A stretch of DNA of 30,573 nucleotides from an uncultured Candidatus Saccharibacteria bacterium (GCA_964638435.1 CAZXAY010000010.1:1-30573), one strand, 5' to 3'. Counted from the stretch's first letter, positions 1-7,232 are shown. The notes: generated from the letters alone by a model not told the origin. Program-made: numbers and translations.

Positions 1-15
1 ATCTCATTTTCTTAA

Positions 16-255
16 TTATATTCTATCTTTTAAATATCTTCTTCCAAAACCGGTTTTAAAATACTTTTCTCGTTTGATTGCCCTATTTTTATTCAAACAC
101 CCTTCGAAATAAACTAATACTAACGGTCTTCTTAGTTTTGTCGATTCATTTTTTCCATTATTGTGCTCAGTTAATCTCTTTTTTAAATCACTTGTAAAAC
201 CAATATATAATTTATTATCAACCTTACTTTTTAATACATATGTATAATAAAACAT
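16..255 (-). CDS. GIY-YIG nuclease family protein (small, UPF0213-like)
   Basis: 79 aa. Motif YIGFTSDLKKRLTEHN is typical of the GIY-YIG catalytic domain. ORF runs to the window edge. Confidence 0.65.
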   Translation of the reverse strand: MFYYTYVLKSKVDNKLYIGFTSDLKKRLTEHNNGKNESTKLRRPLVLVYFEGCLNKNRAIKREKYFKTGFGRRYLKDRI

Positions 256-331
256 AGTATTAACACTATATAGCTATTGCAAACTTTAGTCAAGTGTAGT
301 ATAGTAAAGTTAAAGAGGGATTGGAGGCGAA

Positions 332-853
332 ATGAACGGGGTTTTTGTAACCATTCTCGTTTTCGCAGGGCTAATAGCATTAGTCTGGCAAACCTCAAAT
401 CTTGTGGCCTACTTTTTAGGTATACCATTTATTAGAACTCCTAGATATGCAATTAAAGACATTTTAGAGTTAGCTGATATTAAATCAGGTGAACGATTCT
501 TTGAGTTAGGTAGCGGTTGGGGTGAAATACTATCATATGTTAGTAAAAAATATAATATTAAAGCATATGGTATTGAGGCATCGCCAGTTCATTATTTCTT
601 TAGTGCAATTGCACACTATGGTAATAAAAAAGTTAAAATTCGTTGGGCTGATTTTAGCGATTTTACGTTGACAAAGGCAAATGTTGTTTATTGTAGCGTT
701 ACTCAAAAACTATTAAAAAAGATGGAGAATAAATTCGTTAATGAATTAACGCCGGGTACAAGATTATTGGTAAACAATGGTCAACTGTCAGGCTATGAGC
801 CGAAGTTTACTTATCAGGCTGGCAAGAATAAAATAAACTTTTATCAATTCTAA
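332..853 (+). CDS. class I SAM-dependent methyltransferase with N-terminal TM helix
   Basis: 173 aa. Motif I ELGSGWGEI (GxGxG). Hydrophobic N-terminus. GGAGG RBS 7 nt upstream of the ATG. Confidence 0.6.
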   Translation: MNGVFVTILVFAGLIALVWQTSNLVAYFLGIPFIRTPRYAIKDILELADIKSGERFFELGSGWGEILSYVSKKYNIKAYGIEASPVHYFFSAIAHYGNKKVKIRWADFSDFTLTKANVVYCSVTQKLLKKMENKFVNELTPGTRLLVNNGQLSGYEPKFTYQAGKNKINFYQF

Positions 854-895
854 TTGCTAAATGAATAACGAATTATGGGAAGTTAACTAAACCTT

Positions 896-930
896 ATAAT
901 TCATAATTCATAATTCATAATTCATAATTC
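896..930. repeat. tandem heptamer (ATAATTC)x5 plus one degenerate unit
   Basis: Five perfect ATAATTC copies were counted directly at 896-930, followed by the degenerate unit TTTATTC. Confidence 0.9.
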
Positions 931-1100
931 TTTATTCATTAGACTTATTACGAAATAACATTTTTACTACAAACTAATAATTTTGGTTAAAAAATAATTC
1001 ATAGTTCGTCAGCGTAACTCTGTTACAACTTCCTCGCTCTTCATTATTTTCACTCAAAATTCTTAGCTTTCGCTACAAAAATTATTACGTAACAAGTCTA

Positions 1101-1607
1101 TTATTCGTTTTTTCTGTCAATGCGATCAAGATCGCGTTTTTTTATTACTTCACGTTTATCAAAGAGTTTTTTACCCCTTCCTAACCCAAGCTCCACTTTT
1201 GCTTTGCCATTTTTGAGATAGATTTTTATGGGGATTAGCGTTAGATTTTTTTCTTGAGTTTTACCAATTAATCTACTTATTTCTTTACGGTGTAAAAGAA
1301 GCTTTCTGGTGCGAGTGGGATCACTGTCGAATACATTGATATGTGTACCTAAAAGAAATAATTCTGGTTTAGAAGTAGAAGCTGGTATTTGGTATCTAGT
1401 ATTTAGTATTTTTGATTTATTTATACTAGATACTCGCTTCTTAATACTCGCTTCTAGAATTTTAGCATAAGAGCCTGTTAAATTCACTTTCCCCACCCTA
1501 ATTGCCTTAATTTCTTTACCACTCAAAACAATGCCGGCTTCAAATGTTTCCAGGATTTCATAATTATGGTAGGCTTTTCTATTTTCACTAACAATTTTAT
1601 AACTCAT
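1101..1607 (-). CDS. smpB: SsrA-binding protein SmpB (carries an in-frame ~24-aa insertion)
   Basis: N-terminus KAYHNYEILETFEAGIVLSGKEIKAIR and the DPTRTRKLLLHRKE block match the SmpB family. An extra segment sits between SYAKIL and ELFLLGTH relative to E. coli SmpB. Confidence 0.85.
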   Translation of the reverse strand: MSYKIVSENRKAYHNYEILETFEAGIVLSGKEIKAIRVGKVNLTGSYAKILEASIKKRVSSINKSKILNTRYQIPASTSKPELFLLGTHINVFDSDPTRTRKLLLHRKEISRLIGKTQEKNLTLIPIKIYLKNGKAKVELGLGRGKKLFDKREVIKKRDLDRIDRKNE

Positions 1608-1780
1608 CTCAGTATATCATCTTTCAGAATATTTATTTTAATGTTTTTATTCTAACTAGTTAATAAGCCCAGATAACAACTTTTTAGGTTTAACACATTA
1701 GTAGTGTTAATAAATATTTAAAAACATACTGAAAGTTGTATTACTGAGTCATAACTTAATTTTACCTGATTATTTAATAT

Positions 1781-1868
1781 CTGTAAACAATTTTATCGCA
1801 AGAAAAAGCGATCGCTGTAAACTGCGATAAAATAATTTTTTGACATTTGATAATCAAAATGATAAATT
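1781..1868 (+). promoter_or_regulatory. operator-like repeat architecture plus sigma70-like promoter upstream of tmk
   Basis: Direct repeat CTGTAAAC at 1781-1788 and 1815-1822. Inverted repeat TTTTATCGCA (1791-1800) / TGCGATAAAA (1823-1832) encloses a central GCGATCGC palindrome. TTGACA at 1840-1845, 17-nt spacer, TAAATT at 1863-1868. AAGGAGG RBS at 1880-1886. Confidence 0.5.
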
Positions 1869-1891
1869 TAGATAAGTAAGAAGGAGGCGCA

Positions 1892-2575
1892 TTGAGTATT
1901 CGAAAAAAAGGAAAACTTATCGTGATAGATGGGGTTGATGGATCGGGTAAAAAAACTCAGACTGATATTTTGGTACGCCGATTAATCAAAGAGGGATATA
2001 AAGTAGAGGTTGCTGATTTTCCACGTTATGGTGAGCGATCTGCAGCACTAGTTGAGGATTATTTAAACGGTAGGTTTGGAGATGCTAAGTCTGTTAATTC
2101 TTATGCTGCCTCAATTTTTTACGCTGTAGATCGCTATGCCGCATCATTTGAAATTAAAAAATGGTTAGATCAAGGGAAAATTGTTATTTCTAACCGTTAT
2201 GTTTCGGCCAATATGGGGCATCAATGTGGGAAATTAAAAACTAAAAGTGAAAAGCAAATTTTTTTAAAATGGTTGAATAATCTTGAGTTTGAAATATTTG
2301 GTATTCCTAAACCTGATAAAAATATCCTATTGTACGTTGAACCAGGAATAGGTCAGAAATTAGTGGATAAAAAAGGCCATCGCGATTATATTGGTGGAAC
2401 CAAGCGTGATATTCACGAAGCAGATATTAATCATTTGAGGGATGCAGTTAATACTTATTTATACGTTGCCAAAAAATATCATTGGGATGTAATCAAGTGT
2501 TTTAAATCTGATAAAATGCGTCATATCGAAGAAATATCCCAAGACATTTGGCAATTAGTTATGGAGGTTTTATAG
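1892..2575 (+). CDS. tmk: thymidylate kinase (TTG start)
   Basis: P-loop LIVIDGVDGSGKKTQ. Lid/DR(Y) region AVDRYAAS. Length 227 aa. AAGGAGG lies 5 nt upstream of TTG. Confidence 0.85.
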   Translation: MSIRKKGKLIVIDGVDGSGKKTQTDILVRRLIKEGYKVEVADFPRYGERSAALVEDYLNGRFGDAKSVNSYAASIFYAVDRYAASFEIKKWLDQGKIVISNRYVSANMGHQCGKLKTKSEKQIFLKWLNNLEFEIFGIPKPDKNILLYVEPGIGQKLVDKKGHRDYIGGTKRDIHEADINHLRDAVNTYLYVAKKYHWDVIKCFKSDKMRHIEEISQDIWQLVMEVL

Positions 2576-2602
2576 CAATTATAAAAAAGTTACGGATATT
2601 CA

Positions 2603-2723
2603 AACCTGTTCCAACTTCGTCCTTCAATATGTTCAGGACGCCCTGTCTTCGACTCTGAGGGATGAGCCCTCAGGCTCAGACTCGAACGAGAGCTTGTCGA
2701 ATGGGCGGAGGTTGGTACAGGTT
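2603..2723 (+). ncRNA. candidate structured RNA / cis-regulatory leader (unclassified, multi-stem)
   Basis: GC-rich patch in an AT-rich intergenic region. Outer 13-bp stem AACCTGTTCCAAC (2603-2615) pairs with GTTGGTACAGGTT (2711-2723), one mismatch. Nested stems: GACGCCC/GGGCG, TTCGAC/GTCGAA, hairpin CTGAGGG-ATGAG-CCCTCAG, and GCTC/GAGC. No stop-free coding potential on the + strand. Confidence 0.4.
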
Positions 2724-2758
2724 CAAAATAACATAACTTTTAATAAATAAGGAGTGGG

Positions 2759-3355
2759 ATGATGAATAAATTAGTTTGTATTGTTGGTATGACTGGATCG
2801 GGGAAATCAGTGGTGGCTGATGAATTTGTTAAAGCCAGATACGGATATCTACGATTTGGGCAATTAACACTTGATGAGGTTAAAAAAAGATATGGTAATA
2901 ACCCTCCAGAAGGTTTTGAAAAAGTAGAAAAAGAGATTCGTGAAGGGTTTCGTGCTAAATATGGCATGGGAGCTTTTGCCACTTTGAATATTCCCAAATT
3001 TGATGAGTTGTTAGAAAAAGGCAACGCCTTAGGCGATGGTTTATATAGTTGGACAGAATATAAAATTTTAAAAGAAAAGTATCGAGACAAATTTTTTGTT
3101 ATTGCAGTTTATGCTCCGCCAGCTTTGCGATATCAAAGGTTAGTTAATAGATCAAAAGATGTAAAAGATGATCCCAAACTAAGGTACCGGTCTTTTACTC
3201 TGGAAGAAGCAAAATCACGAGATTTTGCCGAGATCGAAAATATCGAAAAAGGTGGTCCCATCGCCATGGCTGATTATACTATAGTAAATATTGGTGATAT
3301 GGACGAAGTTATTAAAAAGACTAAAGAAATAATAGAAGAAATAGGTAACAAGTGA
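2759..3355 (+). CDS. P-loop nucleotide/nucleoside kinase (NMP-kinase fold, CoaE/dNMP-kinase-like)
   Basis: Walker A VGMTGSGKS. The lid-like region YAPPALRYQRLVNR resembles the dephospho-CoA-kinase/NMP-kinase superfamily. It lies inside a dTMP-pathway gene string. AAGGAG RBS. Confidence 0.55.
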   Translation: MMNKLVCIVGMTGSGKSVVADEFVKARYGYLRFGQLTLDEVKKRYGNNPPEGFEKVEKEIREGFRAKYGMGAFATLNIPKFDELLEKGNALGDGLYSWTEYKILKEKYRDKFFVIAVYAPPALRYQRLVNRSKDVKDDPKLRYRSFTLEEAKSRDFAEIENIEKGGPIAMADYTIVNIGDMDEVIKKTKEIIEEIGNK

Positions 3356-3381
3356 CAAAGTAACCAGTAACAAGGAGTACT

Positions 3382-3936
3382 ATGAAAAGTGATGATCAAA
3401 AAATCCACGAGGAGTATGAAAAGCGCCCAAGTTGGGATGAGTATTTTATGGAAATTGCTCATGTGGTAGCAACACGCGCAACATGTAATAGAAATGTTGA
3501 TTTAAAATATCGCCCAGGATTTAAAGGTTGTGGAGTAGTTATTGCCAAAGATAAAGTGTTGCTTTCAACCGGCTACAACGGCGCACCAAGAGGAATGGAA
3601 CATTGTGGACATACTAATCACGAGATGGTAGAAGGGCATTGTATCAGGACAGTGCATGGCGAGGCAAATGCAATTGCTCAAGCTGCAAAAAATGGTGTAG
3701 CAATTGATGGCGCAACCTTGTACACAACTGGGTCAAGTTGCTATGACTGCTTTAAATTATCAGTTAATGCTGGGATAAAAAGGGTTGTTTATGGACAATT
3801 TTACGATAGTCGTTATGGAATGAGTAGCAAGGTTTTGGAACTAGCGAAAAAGGCAGGAATTGAAATGTTACATATAGATGAGTGCAAACCAAAAGTCACC
3901 TCTCGACATCGCTCTAGGCAGGAAGCTAAAAAGTAA
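3382..3936 (+). CDS. comEB: dCMP deaminase (cytidine/deoxycytidylate deaminase family)
   Basis: Zinc-binding motifs HGEANA and SSCYDC (CxxC). 184 aa. Confidence 0.85.
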   Translation: MKSDDQKIHEEYEKRPSWDEYFMEIAHVVATRATCNRNVDLKYRPGFKGCGVVIAKDKVLLSTGYNGAPRGMEHCGHTNHEMVEGHCIRTVHGEANAIAQAAKNGVAIDGATLYTTGSSCYDCFKLSVNAGIKRVVYGQFYDSRYGMSSKVLELAKKAGIEMLHIDECKPKVTSRHRSRQEAKK

Positions 3937-3937
3937 A

Positions 3938-4363
3938 ATGAAAATTAAAGTTAAAAAAATCAATAGTGTTGCAAAAATCCCAGAATATTCCAGAGTGGGT
4001 GATGCGGGGATGGATATTTTTGGTTGTGAGGAGTACGAGCTAATGCCGGGTGAAAAGCATATTTTTGGCTCGGGCATTGCTGTGGAATATCCTGATGATC
4101 ATTTGGCTTATATTTATGACAAAAGTGGACTTTCATGTAAGCATGAATTAATCACTCTTGGCGGTGTAATGGACCCAAACTATCGTGGCGAATGGCAAAT
4201 AACTATCAAAAATATTGGCTCCAAGCCGTATAAAATCGAAAAAGGTGAAAAAATCTGCCAAATAGTTTTCCATAAAATATCTCAAGCTGAAGTTGAGGAG
4301 GTGGACCAGTTAGATAATACTAATCGCGGCGACGGCTGGGCTGGAAGTAGTGGAAGATTCTAA
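3938..4363 (+). CDS. dut: dUTP diphosphatase
   Basis: MKIKVKK...IPEYSRVGDAGMDIF and GGVMDPNYRGE are dUTPase motifs. The likely true ATG is at 3938, one nt after the dCMP deaminase stop. The ORF-track extension to 3878 overlaps the upstream gene and has no RBS. Confidence 0.85.
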   Translation: MKIKVKKINSVAKIPEYSRVGDAGMDIFGCEEYELMPGEKHIFGSGIAVEYPDDHLAYIYDKSGLSCKHELITLGGVMDPNYRGEWQITIKNIGSKPYKIEKGEKICQIVFHKISQAEVEEVDQLDNTNRGDGWAGSSGRF

Positions 4364-4407
4364 TCTAGTAACAAGTAACCAGTGACCAGTGACGAGGAAT
4401 GTAAGAA

Positions 4408-5037
4408 ATGATCAATCAAATAATTAAAGAAGTAGAAAAATACCTAAAAGGGCGGAGTGATTCGCACGATATTGAGCATTGTCATCGTGTGGCTAAAATA
4501 GCCCGTGAGGTTGCCAAAGACTATAACAAAGCCGATACGGAGATTATTATTGCAGGGTGTTATTTACATGACGTAGGTTATACCAAAGCATCTTATGGTC
4601 ACCCGCATTGCGTGGCTGGAGTTAAAATTGCTCAAGATATTCTAGAAAAAATTGGTTACTCACAAGACAAAATTGATAAAATATGCGAAATAGTATTACA
4701 TCACGAAGATAGCAAATTTGGCATAAAATACCAGCCTAATCTAGAAACTAGAATAGTCCAAGATGCTGATGCAATTGATGGCTTTGGAGCTGTTGGGCTA
4801 TCAAGATTTTTCCAATTCGCTGGCTCAACTAATATGCCTCTTTGGATTCCCAGTTACAAAAAAGAACCAAAGATAATTTATGAAAATATAAGTATAATCC
4901 ATAACATCGAGGCAGTGATTAAATATGCTGGTGAAATTTGTACTACAAAGCTTGGTAAAAAATTGTTTAAATATCGCCTAAAGGTAATGAAAAGTTTTGT
5001 TAAAGAATTTAAAAAAGAATGGACCACCCAGATATAA
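4408..5037 (+). CDS. HD-domain phosphohydrolase (possible 5'-deoxynucleotidase)
   Basis: H..H...HD motif: HCHRVAKIA ... YLHDVGY ... LHHED. 209 aa. Sits in the dNMP/dTMP metabolic context. Confidence 0.7.
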   Translation: MINQIIKEVEKYLKGRSDSHDIEHCHRVAKIAREVAKDYNKADTEIIIAGCYLHDVGYTKASYGHPHCVAGVKIAQDILEKIGYSQDKIDKICEIVLHHEDSKFGIKYQPNLETRIVQDADAIDGFGAVGLSRFFQFAGSTNMPLWIPSYKKEPKIIYENISIIHNIEAVIKYAGEICTTKLGKKLFKYRLKVMKSFVKEFKKEWTTQI

Positions 5038-5048
5038 AATTTCATCAG

Positions 5049-5800
5049 TAACCTGTTATCACCCTCAAGGTGATAACAGGTTATCTACGATATTTTGTTT
5101 ATATGAATTATAGAAAACAACCATTAGTTAATGAAGGAATCTATCATATTCTGAATAAGAGTATCGCAGAGTATAAAATTTTTAGTAATAATTTTCACTT
5201 TAGAAGAATGATGCAATTATTAGTTTACTATCAATATGCCAATGTACCAGTAAGATATTCTTATTTTATTAAGCTTGATCCACAAGAGCAAGATGAAGTA
5301 TTTAGATATTTACAGATAAAAAATGATAAACTTGTTGATATAATTTCCTATTGCCTTATGCCTACCCATTATCATCTTATTTTAAAACAGTTATTGAAAG
5401 GTGGTATTTCAAAATATATCAATTTAATCCAAAACAGCTATGCAAAATATTTTAACATAAAACACGATCGAAATGGCCCATTATGGCAAGGGTATTTTAA
5501 AAATGTATTAGTAGATACAGATGAACAACTTTTGCATTTAACTCGCTACCAACACATAAATCCAGTATCTGCTGGTTTGGTAGAGGATCCTATTGAGTGG
5601 GAATATTCATCTTATAAAGAATATATAGGGAAAAAACAAACTAAAATTTGTAGTTATAATAATTTAATTGATGTCAGACCAAAAATATATAAAAGATTTG
5701 TTGAAAATAGAATTAGTTATCAGCGAGAATTAACAAGAATTAAAAAAATTATATTAGAATAAAAATATCAAACTTAACCTGAAATCACCTTGAGGGTGAT
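5049..5800 (+). mobile_element. REPtron-like unit: RAYT / IS200-like Y1 transposase gene flanked by inverted palindromes
   Basis: Left end: perfect 15-bp stem palindrome TAACCTGTTATCACC-CTCAA-GGTGATAACAGGTTA at 5049-5083. Right end: ATCACC-TTGAG-GGTGAT at 5784-5800. Its loop is the reverse complement of the left loop, and it is preceded by the same TAACCTG..ATCACC arm. Confidence 0.7.
5103..5762 (+). CDS. REP-associated tyrosine transposase (Transposase_17 / IS200-like HUH-Y1)
   Basis: HUH motif in YCLMPTHYHLIL. GPLWQGYF. C-terminal RYQHINPVSAGLVEDPIEWEYSSY matches the RAYT signature NPV.AGLV..P..W.WSS. The ORF-track GTG start at 5070 lies inside the left palindrome, so the ATG at 5103 is preferred. 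Confidence 0.75.
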   Translation: MNYRKQPLVNEGIYHILNKSIAEYKIFSNNFHFRRMMQLLVYYQYANVPVRYSYFIKLDPQEQDEVFRYLQIKNDKLVDIISYCLMPTHYHLILKQLLKGGISKYINLIQNSYAKYFNIKHDRNGPLWQGYFKNVLVDTDEQLLHLTRYQHINPVSAGLVEDPIEWEYSSYKEYIGKKQTKICSYNNLIDVRPKIYKRFVENRISYQRELTRIKKIILE

Positions 5801-5834
5801 ATAAGGTAGGCAATGAAATTTATGTGAGTAAAAT

Positions 5835-7232
5835 ATGGGGAGAAATATGGCAAATAATACAAGAAGAATCTACCAATTAGATCAAAATTTAACACCCGAG
5901 CAAAGGATTGTTACTTTTGCTAAGTGCTCGCGTAGTGCTGAACCATTTGATAAAATCGCCAAAGAACTAACCGACGAAAAAGCAGCCAAATTTAATCAAC
6001 GTTATGTTGTAGCTTTTGGTCACCTGTCAGTGGCCGAGCATGCTGCTTTTAATATCGCTATGGAAGACGTTTCGATATTGGCGACAAAGATAATTGAGGA
6101 TAATCGCTTGGGATCGTTTACCGAGCGTTCCACCCGTTATCAAGTTTATGATAAAAATAGTTATTATAAACCAGATAGTATTATGAATTCAAAATATGCT
6201 GATGTCTATGGAAAAGCTGGTAATTATCTTTTTGAAATTTACGAAAAACTTTATCCGATAGTATGCGAGGATATGAAAAAAAACTACCCAAAAACTAATG
6301 ATAATATTAAAACCTACGACACAATGATTAAAGGTAAAACATGTGATGTAGTAAGATATATTCTACCTGTAGCAACTCTAACAAGTCTAGGTATGACGCT
6401 CAATGCTCGCAATTTAATTTACGCAATTAACAAAATGATAACCAGCCCGCTTGGTGAGATGCAAGATATCGGTAATGATCTAAAAAAGATTGCCGAAAAG
6501 TCTATTCCTACAATTGCTAACATGATTAAACCAATTAAATATCTAGCTGAAACCTTGCCAGAATTACAGAAAACAGTTAGTCGGATATCATTTAATCAAA
6601 CAGATATTAAGCAAGAACCAGTTACTCTAGTAGATTATGATGTTAATGCTGATGATAAATTAGTTACAGCATTAATTTATAGGTTTTTATCACAATCGTA
6701 TGAATCAATTAAAAATAAAGTAAGTAAAATGAGCCAAATTCAAAAAGAGGATATTATTGATCAGGCGCTTAAAAACCGCTCAGCTATGGATCAACCACTT
6801 CGCGAACTCGAGCATATTTATTATACCTTTGATATTTTAATGGATTATGGGGCATTCCGTGATATTCAGCGGCATAGGATGTGCTCGCAAACTAATCAAC
6901 TTGTAACATGCGATCATGGTTATGAAATACCAGACAAGATTCGAGAATTGGGTGTTGAGAAAAAATATATTTCTGCTATGGACACATCACGAGAGGCTTA
7001 CGAAAAGATAAAAAAAGATTTTCCCCAAGAGGCTCAATATATTGTAGCATTTGCTTATAAAAAACGCACTCTATTCACATGGAATTTAAGAGAACTACAC
7101 CATTTTATATCTCTTCGCAGTCGCCCAGCTGGTCACGTCTCATATCGCTTAATTGCTAATCAAGTCTATGATGAACTTGCTAAAGTCCATCCACTACTTG
7201 CTAAATACATAAACGTTGTAAAAATAAAATAG
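5835..7232 (+). CDS. thyX: flavin-dependent thymidylate synthase ThyX, tandem two-domain form
   Basis: Domain 1 has HLSVAEHAAF and DNRLGSFTERSTRY (a degenerate RHR but an intact S.RY). Domain 2 has QRHRMCSQ (RHR intact, S.RY missing). Both halves carry the F.W..N.R.L..F motif (LNARNLIYAI and FTWNLRELHHFISLR). 465 aa. Confidence 0.8.
   Translation: MGRNMANNTRRIYQLDQNLTPEQRIVTFAKCSRSAEPFDKIAKELTDEKAAKFNQRYVVAFGHLSVAEHAAFNIAMEDVSILATKIIEDNRLGSFTERSTRYQVYDKNSYYKPDSIMNSKYADVYGKAGNYLFEIYEKLYPIVCEDMKKNYPKTNDNIKTYDTMIKGKTCDVVRYILPVATLTSLGMTLNARNLIYAINKMITSPLGEMQDIGNDLKKIAEKSIPTIANMIKPIKYLAETLPELQKTVSRISFNQTDIKQEPVTLVDYDVNADDKLVTALIYRFLSQSYESIKNKVSKMSQIQKEDIIDQALKNRSAMDQPLRELEHIYYTFDILMDYGAFRDIQRHRMCSQTNQLVTCDHGYEIPDKIRELGVEKKYISAMDTSREAYEKIKKDFPQEAQYIVAFAYKKRTLFTWNLRELHHFISLRSRPAGHVSYRLIANQVYDELAKVHPLLAKYINVVKIK

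Noticed and set aside
958-1083. 125-bp segment between the split palindrome halves as a MITE with terminal inverted repeats
   Set aside because: The ends share only an ATTTTT run. No convincing TIRs. It is retained only as part of the split-palindrome observation.
2655-2700. Hammerhead ribozyme core (CTGAGGGATGAG ... CGAACGAG)
   Set aside because: CUGANGA box fails at A9 (CUGAGGG). CGAAC lacks the A of CGAAAC. Stem II and stem III geometry does not fit.
2740-3090. 116-aa minus-strand ORF overlapping the start of the 2759-3355 kinase gene
   Set aside because: It is antisense to a well-supported P-loop kinase CDS and to the structured GC-rich element. It has no RBS and a low-complexity product.
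3878-3937. Upstream extension of dut (MSANQKSPLDIALGRKLKSK...)
   Set aside because: It overlaps the 3' end of the dCMP deaminase gene in another frame. The conserved dUTPase N-terminus starts at the ATG at 3938.
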